The notes beneath the pieces were generated by a model. The model had not been told where the DNA came from, searched no databases, and saw nothing but the letters and a program-made list of their open reading frames with translations. Below, in pieces: positions 38,533 through 49,496 of a stretch of 64,000 nt of DNA; the stretch's first letter is position 1, and the number at the start of each line of letters is the position of its first letter. The translations under genes were made by a program, and so were the position numbers. The stretch comes from Caldisphaera sp. (lineage in GTDB: Archaea > Thermoproteota > Thermoprotei_A > Sulfolobales > Acidilobaceae): NCBI RefSeq assembly GCF_046536515.1, contig NZ_JAWDMQ010000001.1, positions 20,659 through 84,658 of the forward strand, written 5' to 3'.

Positions 38533-39476
38533 AACTTATGGAAAGATGCCCTGTATGCGGATCAAGAGATTTGGTAACAACACCTGAAGGTAGGATTGTT
38601 TGTCAAAGATGCGGTACTGTAATAGATGAAAACATATTTATAGATAAACCCGAATGGAGATCTTATAATGAAAAAGGAATACAAAATACAAAAGGTGTTG
38701 AGAGAGCTTCTCAGGGAACGACTTATTTAAGACATGATAGAGGAGATGGAGTCATAACTTTTGTGCCACCAAAAGCTAGAAACCACATAAAATCACTAAA
38801 TAATAGAAGAATAAGTATGAAACATGCTACATCGAGGCAAGAAATGCCAAGGATTGCATTATTTGTCTTAGCTAATAAGGTAAGCGATTATTTTAACTTG
38901 TCAATACATGCTAAGGAGACGTTAGGATATATTCTTCATAAATATGTTGAAAAAAATGGAAATTCCGTGGGAAAAGACAAGGAAGCTATAGTAGCTGCAG
39001 CCCTTGCAAAGGTTGTAGAAGTTTATAATTTAAACATATCACAATCAGAAATAGAAGAATTTATGGGAATAGATAACAATAAAATTTGGGAAGGGAAAAA
39101 GAAGCTTAATGATCTGGGTATATTACAAGAATTTAGGTATATAGAATCACAAAAGGCAAATTATATTGACAATAAAGAAAGAATGCTAACAAGGGTAGTA
39201 ACTTATATAAACAGAATTGTTTCTACATTAAATTTAGATCAGCAAATTATTGAAGAATCTATAAGATTTGTCAATAATTCTATAATGTCTGGCAAAACAT
39301 TATATGGTAAAAAGCCGGAAGCAATTGCAGCAGCAGCGGTTTATTTAACATCTAGACTTAATGGCTATGATATAAGTCAAAAAGAAATAGCAAATTCTGT
39401 ATCGATTAAAGAGTCTACCGTTAGAAAACTTTACAAATTCCTCATAGGAAATATGGCAGTCATAGTGTATCTATAA
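38529..39476 (+). CDS. tfb: Transcription initiation factor IIB paralogue
   Basis: CPVC..CQRCG Zn ribbon, PEWRSY B-reader and two cyclin repeats (GKKPEAIAAAAVY, SQKEIA..V.IKESTVR). Confidence 0.9.
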   Translation: MKLMERCPVCGSRDLVTTPEGRIVCQRCGTVIDENIFIDKPEWRSYNEKGIQNTKGVERASQGTTYLRHDRGDGVITFVPPKARNHIKSLNNRRISMKHATSRQEMPRIALFVLANKVSDYFNLSIHAKETLGYILHKYVEKNGNSVGKDKEAIVAAALAKVVEVYNLNISQSEIEEFMGIDNNKIWEGKKKLNDLGILQEFRYIESQKANYIDNKERMLTRVVTYINRIVSTLNLDQQIIEESIRFVNNSIMSGKTLYGKKPEAIAAAAVYLTSRLNGYDISQKEIANSVSIKESTVRKLYKFLIGNMAVIVYL

Positions 39477-39538
39477 CTATATTATTACATTTTCTCCTTT
39501 TAAACTTAAAACGCTAGTATTACCTTTTGGTGTAAAAG

Positions 39539-42500
39539 TTGCAAATAATATTAATTATGGCTGCATCAATATTTATCGCATTAACAACGATTTCCATAAT
39601 ATTATATTATAATTCGAAAAAAATATTATTACAAAAAAGAAAAATTCCTAATAACATATTAAAAGATTTATATTTGAGCCTAATAGAATGGTATGTAAGA
39701 ACATCTAAAGATAATTATTCTGACTATGCTCAACTATTGTTAGCAAACAAAGACAACATAAACATACTAAGACTTAGTAGAATTTTAAGGAACATTAAAT
39801 ATTGTCCAAAGGATTCAGAAAGCTTATCTTTATATCTTAGCAAATTAGGTCTTTATGAAGATGTAATAATGCTATCATCCAAAGGCTGCAGTATTTCATC
39901 TTCTGCACTCATGGAATCTAGGAATGCATTGATAGCCTTAGGAATAACAAAATGGGAGCAAGAGGCATCCAAAAAACTAGGTAAAGATTCAATTTTATCT
40001 AATAAAGTCGATTTAGTTTCAATATATTGCTCTAAAAACAAAATTCATGTGTTTATAAATGATAATGAGATAGAAATACCCCCTAAAGGATCTGAATGGA
40101 GAATTGGAGATCCAAGAGAAGGGCTTGAACTGCTATTATCATCAGCTAAACCTTCAAAGGTTATATACTGGGGCGATTGTGGAAAAAGCCTAGATGCATA
40201 CAATAAGATTAATGCAAAGGATCTTTATTCAATAGCATTTCCTGACTCTGAAACATCTATAGTTTCAGCATATTATCATTTGCTTATTCCTTTTTCAACT
40301 ACTCCAGCTAAGGCAATTTACTACATATCTCTTATATCTAAAAAAATTATTGATAGCTTAGGTATAGAATGGAAAAATATGCCGGAAGATGTTAAGAATG
40401 CAGAATATATTAAAGATATTCAAATACCAAAAATGGAAGAAAACTATTTTATAGTAACAGATAAGCCTAGACTTATATATCCTATTTGGAAGCCTTATAC
40501 TTTAAAACAATTACCGTTAACCGGTAATTCATGGGATTATGCTGCGCGTGTCTCAATAGCTTCTTTAAGAGCAAGACATGGAGAAATAGCAAAAGCTACT
40601 GTAATAAAAAGAGGGAATGAACTTGATAAATCATTACCTTATTTAATAATAGGTAACATAACAGAGAACAAAGAATTGAATAGCAATGAACCTTATCAAA
40701 TAGAACCGTGGGATCTAGATTGTGTGGAAAAAATTGATAAAATAAAGTTAGATTGTGTGGAAAATAATGAAGATTGCTTATTTATGCATGGCTTAACTAT
40801 ATGGGAAAAAGAAATGATAAACATAGGAGCAAATATACCATGTAAAAAAGAACACAAATTTAATGACCCAAGAGGAATCGAAATAAATGAAGAATTAAAT
40901 ATTAAAGCTAAAGAGAAAATTGCTGAAACTTTTATACACCAAGAAATTTCAAAAAAATTAAATATATTAGGCCCTTCAAAAACAAAAATTAAGGTATTAT
41001 CTACATCGAATGAAATTAGAGATCCAATTAAAGCATCAGAATCAGCATTAAAATTACTTGGGAATGAAGGTAGAAAACTTATCATTACTCCTAATGATGC
41101 TTTAGCTAAAATAATTAGTAATATAATAGATGGGATATATATAAGTGACATTAACGATTCTAATGAATGGTTCATTAATAATAATATCGGTGTTATTTCA
41201 TGGGAGAAAAACATAATGTTTCCTGAAATATCATCTATGGCTAATGATATAGTATTAATGTTTCCTGAAAGAATAATAAATAACGTCAATTATGATGGCA
41301 AAAACTATTACGACTTCTATACATATAGGACGTTAGAAATTGCATCAAAATATGGAGCTAAAACTGTATCTAGGGCTTTAGCATTATATGAAAACAAAGA
41401 TTTTATTGACCTTATAGAACCTAAACAATATGTTAACATAAAGAAAGATGTAAATTATGATTATATTCTGGAGGAAGTGAATTCTTATTTTAATAAACTT
41501 TGGAAATCGAAGCCCAGACCTTACCAAGAAACCAGTATATCAACCTTTTTTAAAATGCTCAAAAACGGGAATCCCACCATAGAAATAGTTATTTTACCAA
41601 CTGGTGCAGGAAAAAGTGCTATATTTCAAATAATTTCAAAAGCTCTGCAAGATTCAGGTTTAGGAGGATCAGCCCTAATTGTATCTCCATTAAAGGCTTT
41701 AATACATGATCAGGTCGAAAATGCTAAATCTAGGGGTTTTAAAACTCTATACATAGACTCTAGTGTACCTATATCAAAAAGAATTGATGCTATAAATTCT
41801 ACAAAAGCCGGTTATTTGGACTTCTTATATATAACGCCCGAAAGATTTGGAACTGATATTATTGATGACATATTTGAAAAAAGTACTCCATCTTTAATTG
41901 TTTTAGATGAAGCTCATACTCTTTCTAAATGGGGTTTCAGTTTTAGGCCTAGTTATCTTTATATGGCCTCTAAATTGCAAAAAATTAGAAATAATGGATA
42001 TCCACCTATTATAGCATTAACTGCTACAGCCCCAAGAGATGTAATAAATGATATATTGGAAAGCTTAGGATATGATCATAATGATGCAGAAATACATTAT
42101 ATCTCGTTGAAAACAGAAGAAACATTAAATATAGAGTATAGCGGGAAGCCAAAAGTTTTAATTGCACCAACAATAAGAGACGAATTGAAATTTGATGTAA
42201 TACCCGTTCCAGAAAAAGGAGAGGATAGGGTTAAAATTTTAGCAAGCAATGCAAAGAGCTTAATAGAATTTGCAAACAGTTTCAATGAACCATGGTTGGG
42301 TTTAATTTTTGCTCCATATGTAGAAAGCAAGAATGCATGGTGGTTCAATGCTGAAAACCTATCAAAATGGTTATCTGATGAACTTAATCTAGATATTTTA
42401 TTTTATCATGGTAAATTAAATGAGAAGAAGAGAAGAGAAATAGAAAAGATCCTATCGGAATCATCAAAAACATTTAGCGGACCCAAAATTTCAGTAGTTA

Positions 42501-43744
42501 CAAAGGCCTTTGGTATGGGAATAGACATACCTAACATAAGATGGATAATACATAGCATGCCTAGCGAAAGCGTTGAGGATTTTTATCAAGAATCGGGTAG
42601 AGCAGGAAGGGATGGAAAAGAGGCCAGAATCGTTGTCCTTTACAATCCTAATGATATAATAAGAAGAAAGTCTCTAGCTGAAAAATCAGCTATAAGAGCA
42701 AGTGGAGTTCTTAAAGTATATAATAAAATTTTGGCATACAGGTCTTTATTAGCTGAGAAAGCAAGTAAAGTAGAAATAATACCTATACCGTTAGATGTAC
42801 TAACAGATGATGAGTGGGCTGCTGTAAGGTATTTAGATGTATTAAGAAACTCTGGAATACTAGATTATTCTTTAGTTAGAGGGCCGTTAAAAGCATATGA
42901 AGCTAATAAAAAAGATATAGAATTAATTTACGGATGGTGTGTTCCCATAGAAAAAGGCTATTGTTTAACAAAGGGAGGGCTAGAAAAAATAAACAATGAA
43001 CTTAAACCTATAGATATTATGACAACCCTATGTGAAGTTACTAATAGTAAATATGAAGCATTAATTACGTTTGGCAAAGAAAGAAAAATATCAAAGGATT
43101 ACTGCGAAAAATCAATAACAACTGATTACAACAAAAACTTAATAGCATTAATAACATTATCACCTGGAGAAAAGAGACAAGCTAAATTTTTGGACCAAGA
43201 GGTATTTAATGAAGTACTTAGATTTTCAAATAGAGAAATAGAAAAAATTGAAGAAATGCAAAAAATCATAGAAGAGGCTATTGCAATAAGATCAAGAAAC
43301 GGCCCTAATAGCGTAGATCCATTAATCAAAAAAAGGGTTGATGAATATTTAAATAAAGAGGCACAAAAGCTTGACTACAAAAAAATTAAAGATTTAGGCA
43401 ATATTATTGAATGTAATCCTTTAAAAGATTGTGCAAACAGAATAGCTCAAACTATAATTGACATGGAGAAAACTTTTGGCGAAAAAAATGTAACCATTGC
43501 TATTAATTCCTATGACTCTTTAGAATCAATTGAAAAGGAATATAGGAAAATGACAGGCATAACTCCAAGGTTTTCTAACCAGGCATATAAAAAGATATTA
43601 GCTTACATTAATAAGGGAAAAGAAGAAAAATTGATGGATTTTGGATACTTGGTTATCATAGCCAAAAAGAATAGTAGAAATGAAACTATGATAGATTTCC
43701 TCAGCAAATACAAATATGCAGCCTCTTATTTTTATAAGTTTTAA
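39539..43744 (+). CDS. Very large RecQ-family SF2 helicase
   Basis: RPYQ (Q motif), LPTGAGKS, SPLKALIHDQV, LYITPERF, DEAHTLSKWGFSFRPSY, ALTATA, FYHGKL, TKAFGMGIDIPNIR and YQESGRAGRDG. Confidence 0.88.
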   Translation: MQIILIMAASIFIALTTISIILYYNSKKILLQKRKIPNNILKDLYLSLIEWYVRTSKDNYSDYAQLLLANKDNINILRLSRILRNIKYCPKDSESLSLYLSKLGLYEDVIMLSSKGCSISSSALMESRNALIALGITKWEQEASKKLGKDSILSNKVDLVSIYCSKNKIHVFINDNEIEIPPKGSEWRIGDPREGLELLLSSAKPSKVIYWGDCGKSLDAYNKINAKDLYSIAFPDSETSIVSAYYHLLIPFSTTPAKAIYYISLISKKIIDSLGIEWKNMPEDVKNAEYIKDIQIPKMEENYFIVTDKPRLIYPIWKPYTLKQLPLTGNSWDYAARVSIASLRARHGEIAKATVIKRGNELDKSLPYLIIGNITENKELNSNEPYQIEPWDLDCVEKIDKIKLDCVENNEDCLFMHGLTIWEKEMINIGANIPCKKEHKFNDPRGIEINEELNIKAKEKIAETFIHQEISKKLNILGPSKTKIKVLSTSNEIRDPIKASESALKLLGNEGRKLIITPNDALAKIISNIIDGIYISDINDSNEWFINNNIGVISWEKNIMFPEISSMANDIVLMFPERIINNVNYDGKNYYDFYTYRTLEIASKYGAKTVSRALALYENKDFIDLIEPKQYVNIKKDVNYDYILEEVNSYFNKLWKSKPRPYQETSISTFFKMLKNGNPTIEIVILPTGAGKSAIFQIISKALQDSGLGGSALIVSPLKALIHDQVENAKSRGFKTLYIDSSVPISKRIDAINSTKAGYLDFLYITPERFGTDIIDDIFEKSTPSLIVLDEAHTLSKWGFSFRPSYLYMASKLQKIRNNGYPPIIALTATAPRDVINDILESLGYDHNDAEIHYISLKTEETLNIEYSGKPKVLIAPTIRDELKFDVIPVPEKGEDRVKILASNAKSLIEFANSFNEPWLGLIFAPYVESKNAWWFNAENLSKWLSDELNLDILFYHGKLNEKKRREIEKILSESSKTFSGPKISVVTKAFGMGIDIPNIRWIIHSMPSESVEDFYQESGRAGRDGKEARIVVLYNPNDIIRRKSLAEKSAIRASGVLKVYNKILAYRSLLAEKASKVEIIPIPLDVLTDDEWAAVRYLDVLRNSGILDYSLVRGPLKAYEANKKDIELIYGWCVPIEKGYCLTKGGLEKINNELKPIDIMTTLCEVTNSKYEALITFGKERKISKDYCEKSITTDYNKNLIALITLSPGEKRQAKFLDQEVFNEVLRFSNREIEKIEEMQKIIEEAIAIRSRNGPNSVDPLIKKRVDEYLNKEAQKLDYKKIKDLGNIIECNPLKDCANRIAQTIIDMEKTFGEKNVTIAINSYDSLESIEKEYRKMTGITPRFSNQAYKKILAYINKGKEEKLMDFGYLVIIAKKNSRNETMIDFLSKYKYAASYFYKF

Positions 43745-43821
43745 TAAAGTTAAGGTAAGTATTACTATGCATTAGCCTCTAAGTTTATATTTTGTATAGT
43801 TAAATAGTGAAGGTGGTTTAG

Positions 43822-44073
43822 ATGTCACTTCAGGCTTTACAGCAGGTGTTTGGATCAATTATAGCTCACATACCAGGCGTATCAGTAAATGGTGTTAGCT
43901 ATTACATAGCTTTCGCTGGAATAGCTATACTGTTAACATTTGTGGTTGCAGGAGTAATAATAATGCTAGCTAAGGCGTTCAAAGCTACGTGGAATTTGAC
44001 GCCATCAGGATTTTTGAAATTATTGTTAGCATTAGGAGTAGTGTTAATAATTATCGGTATTGTTGTTCCATAA
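43822..44073 (+). CDS. Small two-TM hypothetical membrane protein
   Basis: GGTGG RBS; two hydrophobic segments. Confidence 0.65.
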   Translation: MSLQALQQVFGSIIAHIPGVSVNGVSYYIAFAGIAILLTFVVAGVIIMLAKAFKATWNLTPSGFLKLLLALGVVLIIIGIVVP

Positions 44074-44719
44074 CAACTTTAGATTTTTCTTCTAGCAAAA
44101 CGCGTTTTCTTTTAAGTATCTTTAACCTAACAAAGTCTTCCCTCATACGCTCATCTAAGACTGATGCTATGTACTTTATAGTTTTAATATAGCTTGGCAG
44201 TATAACATAATCTAAAGCGTTTATTAGCCTTTGAGTTTCCTTGAGTTCATCTATTAGTCTTAATATCGTTTCTTCGTACATGGCTAAATTAAGTATCGAT
44301 GGAAGTAAGTTTTTCAGCATTATATAAGATATTGTTAAATCTGGCGAACTTCCAGGAGGAAGGGAGGGGATTGCTAAAGTTTCCATTTTAGGTGTGAAAG
44401 TAGGTGTTCTAACTGAATATAAAACTCTCATACCTGTTTTCAAGACAAAGCTTTCTGGTACTGAAGACGAATACAGATTTACTTTAGCTATTCCTTCATT
44501 TACCAGACCTCTATAATAAGTTGTGAATAAATCTACAGTATTTTTAAAAACTTCATTTTGATATTTATTATAATCTTCTGCAGTACTTCTAATGTAATGC
44601 AGTAACACTTCTCTTTTTTCATCCATAACTTTTCTAACTCTTTTTATCATTGCATAATCTCTTTTTAATCTTATTAAGTTTATTTTTGTTGGTAAAGTTC
44701 TGCGTGGATCTACACTCAA
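44051..44719 (-). CDS. atpD: A/V-type ATP synthase subunit D (isolated gene)
   Basis: PTKINLIRLK...DEKREVLL and ELKETQRLINALDYVILP...IKYIASVLDERMREDFVRLK. Confidence 0.88.
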   Translation of the reverse strand: MSVDPRRTLPTKINLIRLKRDYAMIKRVRKVMDEKREVLLHYIRSTAEDYNKYQNEVFKNTVDLFTTYYRGLVNEGIAKVNLYSSSVPESFVLKTGMRVLYSVRTPTFTPKMETLAIPSLPPGSSPDLTISYIMLKNLLPSILNLAMYEETILRLIDELKETQRLINALDYVILPSYIKTIKYIASVLDERMREDFVRLKILKRKRVLLEEKSKVVMEQQYR

Positions 44720-44844
44720 TTCTAAGCTCCCCGTAATTTAATACAGCAAATATATTTAAGTTTTTAAAATTGTTATATTATTATAAAATAATATTGTTTA
44801 AAAAACTATTAATCTTTTTATTAAAACATAAAAAATGAGGAATT

Positions 44845-45921
44845 ATGAAACTAGAGATAGGACAAGGAAAGAATCAAATAATAGTAACACCAGAAAGCGA
44901 GGAAGATTTATGGAATTTAATGCTTATACTAAGGAAAGGAGATTATATATATACAAGAGTATTAAGAGACGTTTCAACAAAAAACTCTAAAAGTAAAGAA
45001 AGAAAACCTATCGACATAAAATTAAGAATAGAGAATACCGAATTTCAACCTTTAACTGGTAAACTAAGAATTTTTGGAGTTATAGAAGAAGGACCGGAGA
45101 GATTTGGAGTTAAAGGGAGGCACCAATCTGCATATATTTCTTTAGGTCAACAAATAATATTGGAAAGGGAAGAAGAGTGGGATGAAAAAACTATAAACAA
45201 ATTAAAGTCAAGCGGTCCAAAAGGTAGGGGGTTAATAGTTGCAATTGATTATGATGAATATGCTATTTCTCTTATAACATCTCTTGGTGTCTACAATATA
45301 GAAAGCAATAGCATATACATAAGCGGAAAAGATGATCCAAATAGAGAAAATGAAATAGATTCATTGATTAACGATTTAGCTAACAGAATTATAAATTATT
45401 TATCTAAAGAAAAAGCAAATGTTTTAATTATAGCTGGTCCTGGAAAATTAAAAGATGAACTATCGGAAAAGATAAAAAGTATGACAAATATAAAAATAAT
45501 AATAGATAACGTTTCTAATGGAGGAATAGCCGGTATTAATGAGGTTTTAAGAAGGAAATCTATTATAGATGTTTTAAAAGAATTTTCATCAATAAAGTCG
45601 CAAGAAATTCTTGATGAGTTTATGATGTATGCATCAGAGGACAGAGATATGATTGCATATACTTTAAATGAAGTCTATAATGCTGCAAAATTAGGCGCTA
45701 TCGATAAGGTTGTAATTCTAGATAAACTTATTTATAGCATAGACGATAATGAAAGGTTAATAGCTGAAAAAATTATTGAATATGCAGAAAAAACTAGAGC
45801 TGAAGTTATTATAGTAACAGAGGACTCTATTGTTTATCCTATGTTATCTAACTTTGGAGGAGTTATAGCAATATTAAGATATAAAATTCCAAAGGATAGT
45901 TTAAAAAATTATAGTAATTAA
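44845..45921 (+). CDS. pelA: mRNA surveillance protein Pelota (aDom34)
   Basis: PESEEDLWNL, LRIFGVI..GP, IAGPG, AAKLGAI and FGGVIAILRY. Confidence 0.92.
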   Translation: MKLEIGQGKNQIIVTPESEEDLWNLMLILRKGDYIYTRVLRDVSTKNSKSKERKPIDIKLRIENTEFQPLTGKLRIFGVIEEGPERFGVKGRHQSAYISLGQQIILEREEEWDEKTINKLKSSGPKGRGLIVAIDYDEYAISLITSLGVYNIESNSIYISGKDDPNRENEIDSLINDLANRIINYLSKEKANVLIIAGPGKLKDELSEKIKSMTNIKIIIDNVSNGGIAGINEVLRRKSIIDVLKEFSSIKSQEILDEFMMYASEDRDMIAYTLNEVYNAAKLGAIDKVVILDKLIYSIDDNERLIAEKIIEYAEKTRAEVIIVTEDSIVYPMLSNFGGVIAILRYKIPKDSLKNYSN

Positions 45922-46727
45922 CTGTTAATTGTGTTTATAATAAAATCAAGAGTATTCTTATTAGATGTTGCGATTACATTGCCAATTACACTAACGTTGT
46001 TTGCATTAACATCAGAATCTTTTCCTTCAGAATTTACAACAAATCCTTTACACTCTCTTATAAACCCTATTGCAGCTGCTACATCAACGTTTCTTAACTT
46101 GCCTCTCAAATCAATAAAAGCATATGATCTACCCATACCTGTATATATTAATTCTAAAGCAGAACTTCCTAAACTTCTTATTTTTAAACCTGGTTTTCTT
46201 TTTAAAACATTAGCTAGCTTTAAAGCCTCTTCTTCTCTTTCTAAATAAGCGAATAAGATTTTTGATTCTTCTTTATTATTAATTTCAACTCTATTATTTC
46301 CCTCAAAACAGCCATTACCTTTAGAATAGGAGAAAGGTTCACCATTAAAATAAACAGGATATACAACTCCCGCTATTGAATTGCTTATGTTATCCTTATT
46401 TGGAGGTATTACAGCCAATGAAACTGAACTCCAAGGTATGCAATTTTCATAATTAATACTTCCATCTAACGGATCCAAAACAAATGTATATTTACCATTA
46501 CCTATTACATTAGATTCTTCAGTAACAATTTTATAATCTATATTATAACTATTCAATGCCTCTGCAATAATTTTTTCTGATTCTAAATCTGCTTTTATAG
46601 TTTCCCCTCTAATTAATTTAATTTCATCTTTGTTACAAAAATTTTTTCTTAAATACTTAACTGACTGATATGCAACATCTATTATTAATTTTCTTAATTC
46701 TTCATTGTCATACATTTTTACTCCCAT
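45918..46727 (-). CDS. suhB: Inositol monophosphatase / FBPase family
   Basis: KADLESE, TEES, LDPLDGSINY, RSLGSSALE and LRNVDVAAA. Confidence 0.85.
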   Translation of the reverse strand: MGVKMYDNEELRKLIIDVAYQSVKYLRKNFCNKDEIKLIRGETIKADLESEKIIAEALNSYNIDYKIVTEESNVIGNGKYTFVLDPLDGSINYENCIPWSSVSLAVIPPNKDNISNSIAGVVYPVYFNGEPFSYSKGNGCFEGNNRVEINNKEESKILFAYLEREEEALKLANVLKRKPGLKIRSLGSSALELIYTGMGRSYAFIDLRGKLRNVDVAAAIGFIRECKGFVVNSEGKDSDVNANNVSVIGNVIATSNKNTLDFIINTINS

Positions 46728-46754
46728 TTTTAAGAATGCTTTTCAATTTAAATT

Positions 46755-47948
46755 TTATTCTGCAAAATATGAGTTCGCATTTTTTCCTCCAAAAAATCTT
46801 TTATACATATAAATGTTTAATGCTGTGATTACACTATAAGATATAAATGGAACTGAAATTAATGAAACATCCATAAAAGGAGACGCTATAAAAGTCCCAA
46901 TTGATGAGAATCCTAATCTTGAACCTTGATTAATACCTGATATCCTTCCCCTTTCTTCTGGTGGTACCATAGATAGCATGGCAGATTGTTGTATTGGTAT
47001 CGCAATTACTCTTAATGCAGGAAAAACAATATATATTCCTATTGATACTGGAAATACTCTAACAAAAGGAAATGCCAACATTAATGGTATAGTTAAACCT
47101 CTTGTTATATATATACTTTTTAAAAATCCTATTGTCTTATCTATTTTTGGGGCTAGAAGCATAGAGAAAGTAGCTAATAAAGAAGCTATTGTTGTATAAA
47201 TACCCATATGAGATCTAGTAACATCATACAATGAAATAAATATTGGTATCAGGAATGGAACTATTATGCCATTAGATAAACCATTTAATAATCCCGTTAT
47301 AGAAAATTTCAAAGTCACATTACTTGATTTCATTTTAATTGATTTTGCTCTAATGTGTTGACTTTTTATCAAATATACAAAAATTAATGGTATTATACTA
47401 AATAATAGAGCTATTTCAAGCTCAAGTCTATATGAAAAAATTCCACCTATTAGAGTTCCTCCAGCTGCAGCAATATTTGCAAAAAATGAAAATATTGAAA
47501 TTAAAGTAGTCCTATTTTTTCTTGAAGTAAAATCTGCAATCAAAGCATTTTGTACGGGAGCTGTTGAGCCGCCAATACCACCACCCGCCATAGCTCCAGT
47601 ATTGCTTATTCCTCCAAGAATTGCAGAAATTGCTGCCGTAACTAGATTTATTTTTATTAATAAAACAAATATTGATATTACTAATAACACTGAGGACAAG
47701 AATAAGCTGTGCCTTCTTCCCATTAAATCTGCCAAATATCCAAACACGATTGAAAATAATGCTGTAGCTAAACCTGCAGAAGCATATATTATACCTAAAG
47801 TTAACAAACTTAAATGAAGATATTTTAATGCGATATACGGATAAACTATTGATACAATACCTGCAGAAACACTTCTCATAACTCTAATAGTACCTAAATA
47901 AGTAAGCGAATTTCTATAGTCATTTTTTGAGACAACATTATTTGACAT
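46755..47948 (-). CDS. MFS transporter
   Basis: GYLADLMGRR motif A; 12 TM pattern. Confidence 0.88.
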   Translation of the reverse strand: MSNNVVSKNDYRNSLTYLGTIRVMRSVSAGIVSIVYPYIALKYLHLSLLTLGIIYASAGLATALFSIVFGYLADLMGRRHSLFLSSVLLVISIFVLLIKINLVTAAISAILGGISNTGAMAGGGIGGSTAPVQNALIADFTSRKNRTTLISIFSFFANIAAAGGTLIGGIFSYRLELEIALLFSIIPLIFVYLIKSQHIRAKSIKMKSSNVTLKFSITGLLNGLSNGIIVPFLIPIFISLYDVTRSHMGIYTTIASLLATFSMLLAPKIDKTIGFLKSIYITRGLTIPLMLAFPFVRVFPVSIGIYIVFPALRVIAIPIQQSAMLSMVPPEERGRISGINQGSRLGFSSIGTFIASPFMDVSLISVPFISYSVITALNIYMYKRFFGGKNANSYFAE

Positions 47949-47989
47949 TTTTTCACCGAGTATATTTATTGGGAATATGTATAAATATT

Positions 47990-48748
47990 TTATATTATAT
48001 ATGGTAAACCTTTTTCACATATTATCGAATCTTTGTTTGTTATTTTTCCAAAGCTGTCTAAAAGACCATAATAATAAGCAACAGTAGAAGACATGGCAGC
48101 AGAGCCATTTTTATTTTTAATTAATATCATCTTTTTATAATTGTTTTCATCTTTTTCTGGATAATCTGAAATGCATGCAGAAGAAATTTTTACAGTATCA
48201 TAGAATCTATCGATTTTAATTGCTATTACATTAAAAGTTCCAATAAAAGCTCCGACATCTTTAATATACTTATTAACTTGATATAAAATTTTATCTATAT
48301 TTTCTGTGCCTTTATCAAACTTAGATACAAGGAAACCTAGTATTTCACTGTCAGTATAAAGCTTTGGATTTAAATTAACATCCTTAGATATTATATTTTT
48401 ATCTACAATACCATTATGAGCTAAAGCAATTAGGCCTGTAGAGGTATGAATTAAATAAGGATGAGAATCTATAAACCCTCTAACAGGTTGACCTTCAGCA
48501 GCTAACCTGGAATGAAAAATAGCATAGTATTTTGAGTTGTCACTTAAGTTTAATAACGCTTTATCTTTAAATATCGGAGTGCTGGTTTTATAATACAATG
48601 AAATATCTGGATTTACAATAAAATATCCCCATCCAGTATCATGCTTTCTACCCCCATTAAAAATATCGTAATTTGATGCCTCAACTAGCGACTTATATAG
48701 GCTTTCTATCATGCTTTTATTTGAGTTAGAAACAAAAAGCCTGCACAT
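47990..48748 (-). CDS. Class II glutamine amidotransferase-like (Ntn) protein
   Basis: N-terminal MCR, HDTGWG, FHSRLA, HPY, AHNG and TDSE. Confidence 0.82.
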   Translation of the reverse strand: MCRLFVSNSNKSMIESLYKSLVEASNYDIFNGGRKHDTGWGYFIVNPDISLYYKTSTPIFKDKALLNLSDNSKYYAIFHSRLAAEGQPVRGFIDSHPYLIHTSTGLIALAHNGIVDKNIISKDVNLNPKLYTDSEILGFLVSKFDKGTENIDKILYQVNKYIKDVGAFIGTFNVIAIKIDRFYDTVKISSACISDYPEKDENNYKKMILIKNKNGSAAMSSTVAYYYGLLDSFGKITNKDSIICEKGLPYII

Positions 48749-48749
48749 A

Positions 48750-49496
48750 CTACTCCTCCCATTTTCCTATCTTAAGTGCTAAAAATAAGTATATTAAAGT
48801 TTCAAGCAACAATATTAACAATAACGAATAGCTCATACTACCTTTAATCATATACTTTTGCAATAAAATTGATGCAGGAGTTGCAGGAGATATCATAAGA
48901 GGTAATAATGCGTATTTTGGTAAATATGTATATGGGTAATATAGGGGAGGTAGCATAGTTAATATAACGGATAAAAAGGATCCAACCCCCCAAGAGTTTC
49001 TCATATGCGACACCCTACTACCTGTCATATAAGCTAAGCTTGTTGCTGCAATCATAACAATTATTGATGTTAATATTATTAATCCTAAAAAAAGTAAATT
49101 AAATAAATTGTAGACAAATCCCAAGACTATATATAAAAGCAGTCCTGGTAACGAATACAATAAATTTCCAAACCCCATACCAAGAAGGTATTCTATTGGG
49201 GTTACATCTGCCGCTATTAAAAGCTCTTGCAATTTTAATTCTAATTTAAAAAATGATGTATCTCCTATAGCAGTTAGGGCATTTCCAGTAATAATAGAAA
49301 TTATACCTCCCAGTATTGCATATTGAACTAAATGTCCCTTACTGACGATATATAGAAAGAATAAAAGGGAAAGAGGTAATGCTAAATATGACAAAACGTA
49401 ATAAAATCCCCTTTTTATGGATGAATAACCATAAAACCAAATAAATGCCAAAACAAACCTCCAGTTAAATTTAACTTTCTTCAATGTTAACACCAC
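48750..49496 (-). CDS. ABC-2 type exporter permease
   Basis: Six TM helices; PPLYYP; follows the ABC ATPase. Confidence 0.8.
   Translation of the reverse strand: MVLTLKKVKFNWRFVLAFIWFYGYSSIKRGFYYVLSYLALPLSLLFFLYIVSKGHLVQYAILGGIISIITGNALTAIGDTSFFKLELKLQELLIAADVTPIEYLLGMGFGNLLYSLPGLLLYIVLGFVYNLFNLLFLGLIILTSIIVMIAATSLAYMTGSRVSHMRNSWGVGSFLSVILTMLPPLYYPYTYLPKYALLPLMISPATPASILLQKYMIKGSMSYSLLLILLLETLIYLFLALKIGKWEE

Noticed and set aside
21218-43744. dpd (7-deazaguanine DNA modification) system from yhhQ plus RecQ-like (DpdF-like) helicase
   Set aside because: The genes are about 18 kb apart with housekeeping genes between them, and no dpdA/tgt or other dpd genes are present.
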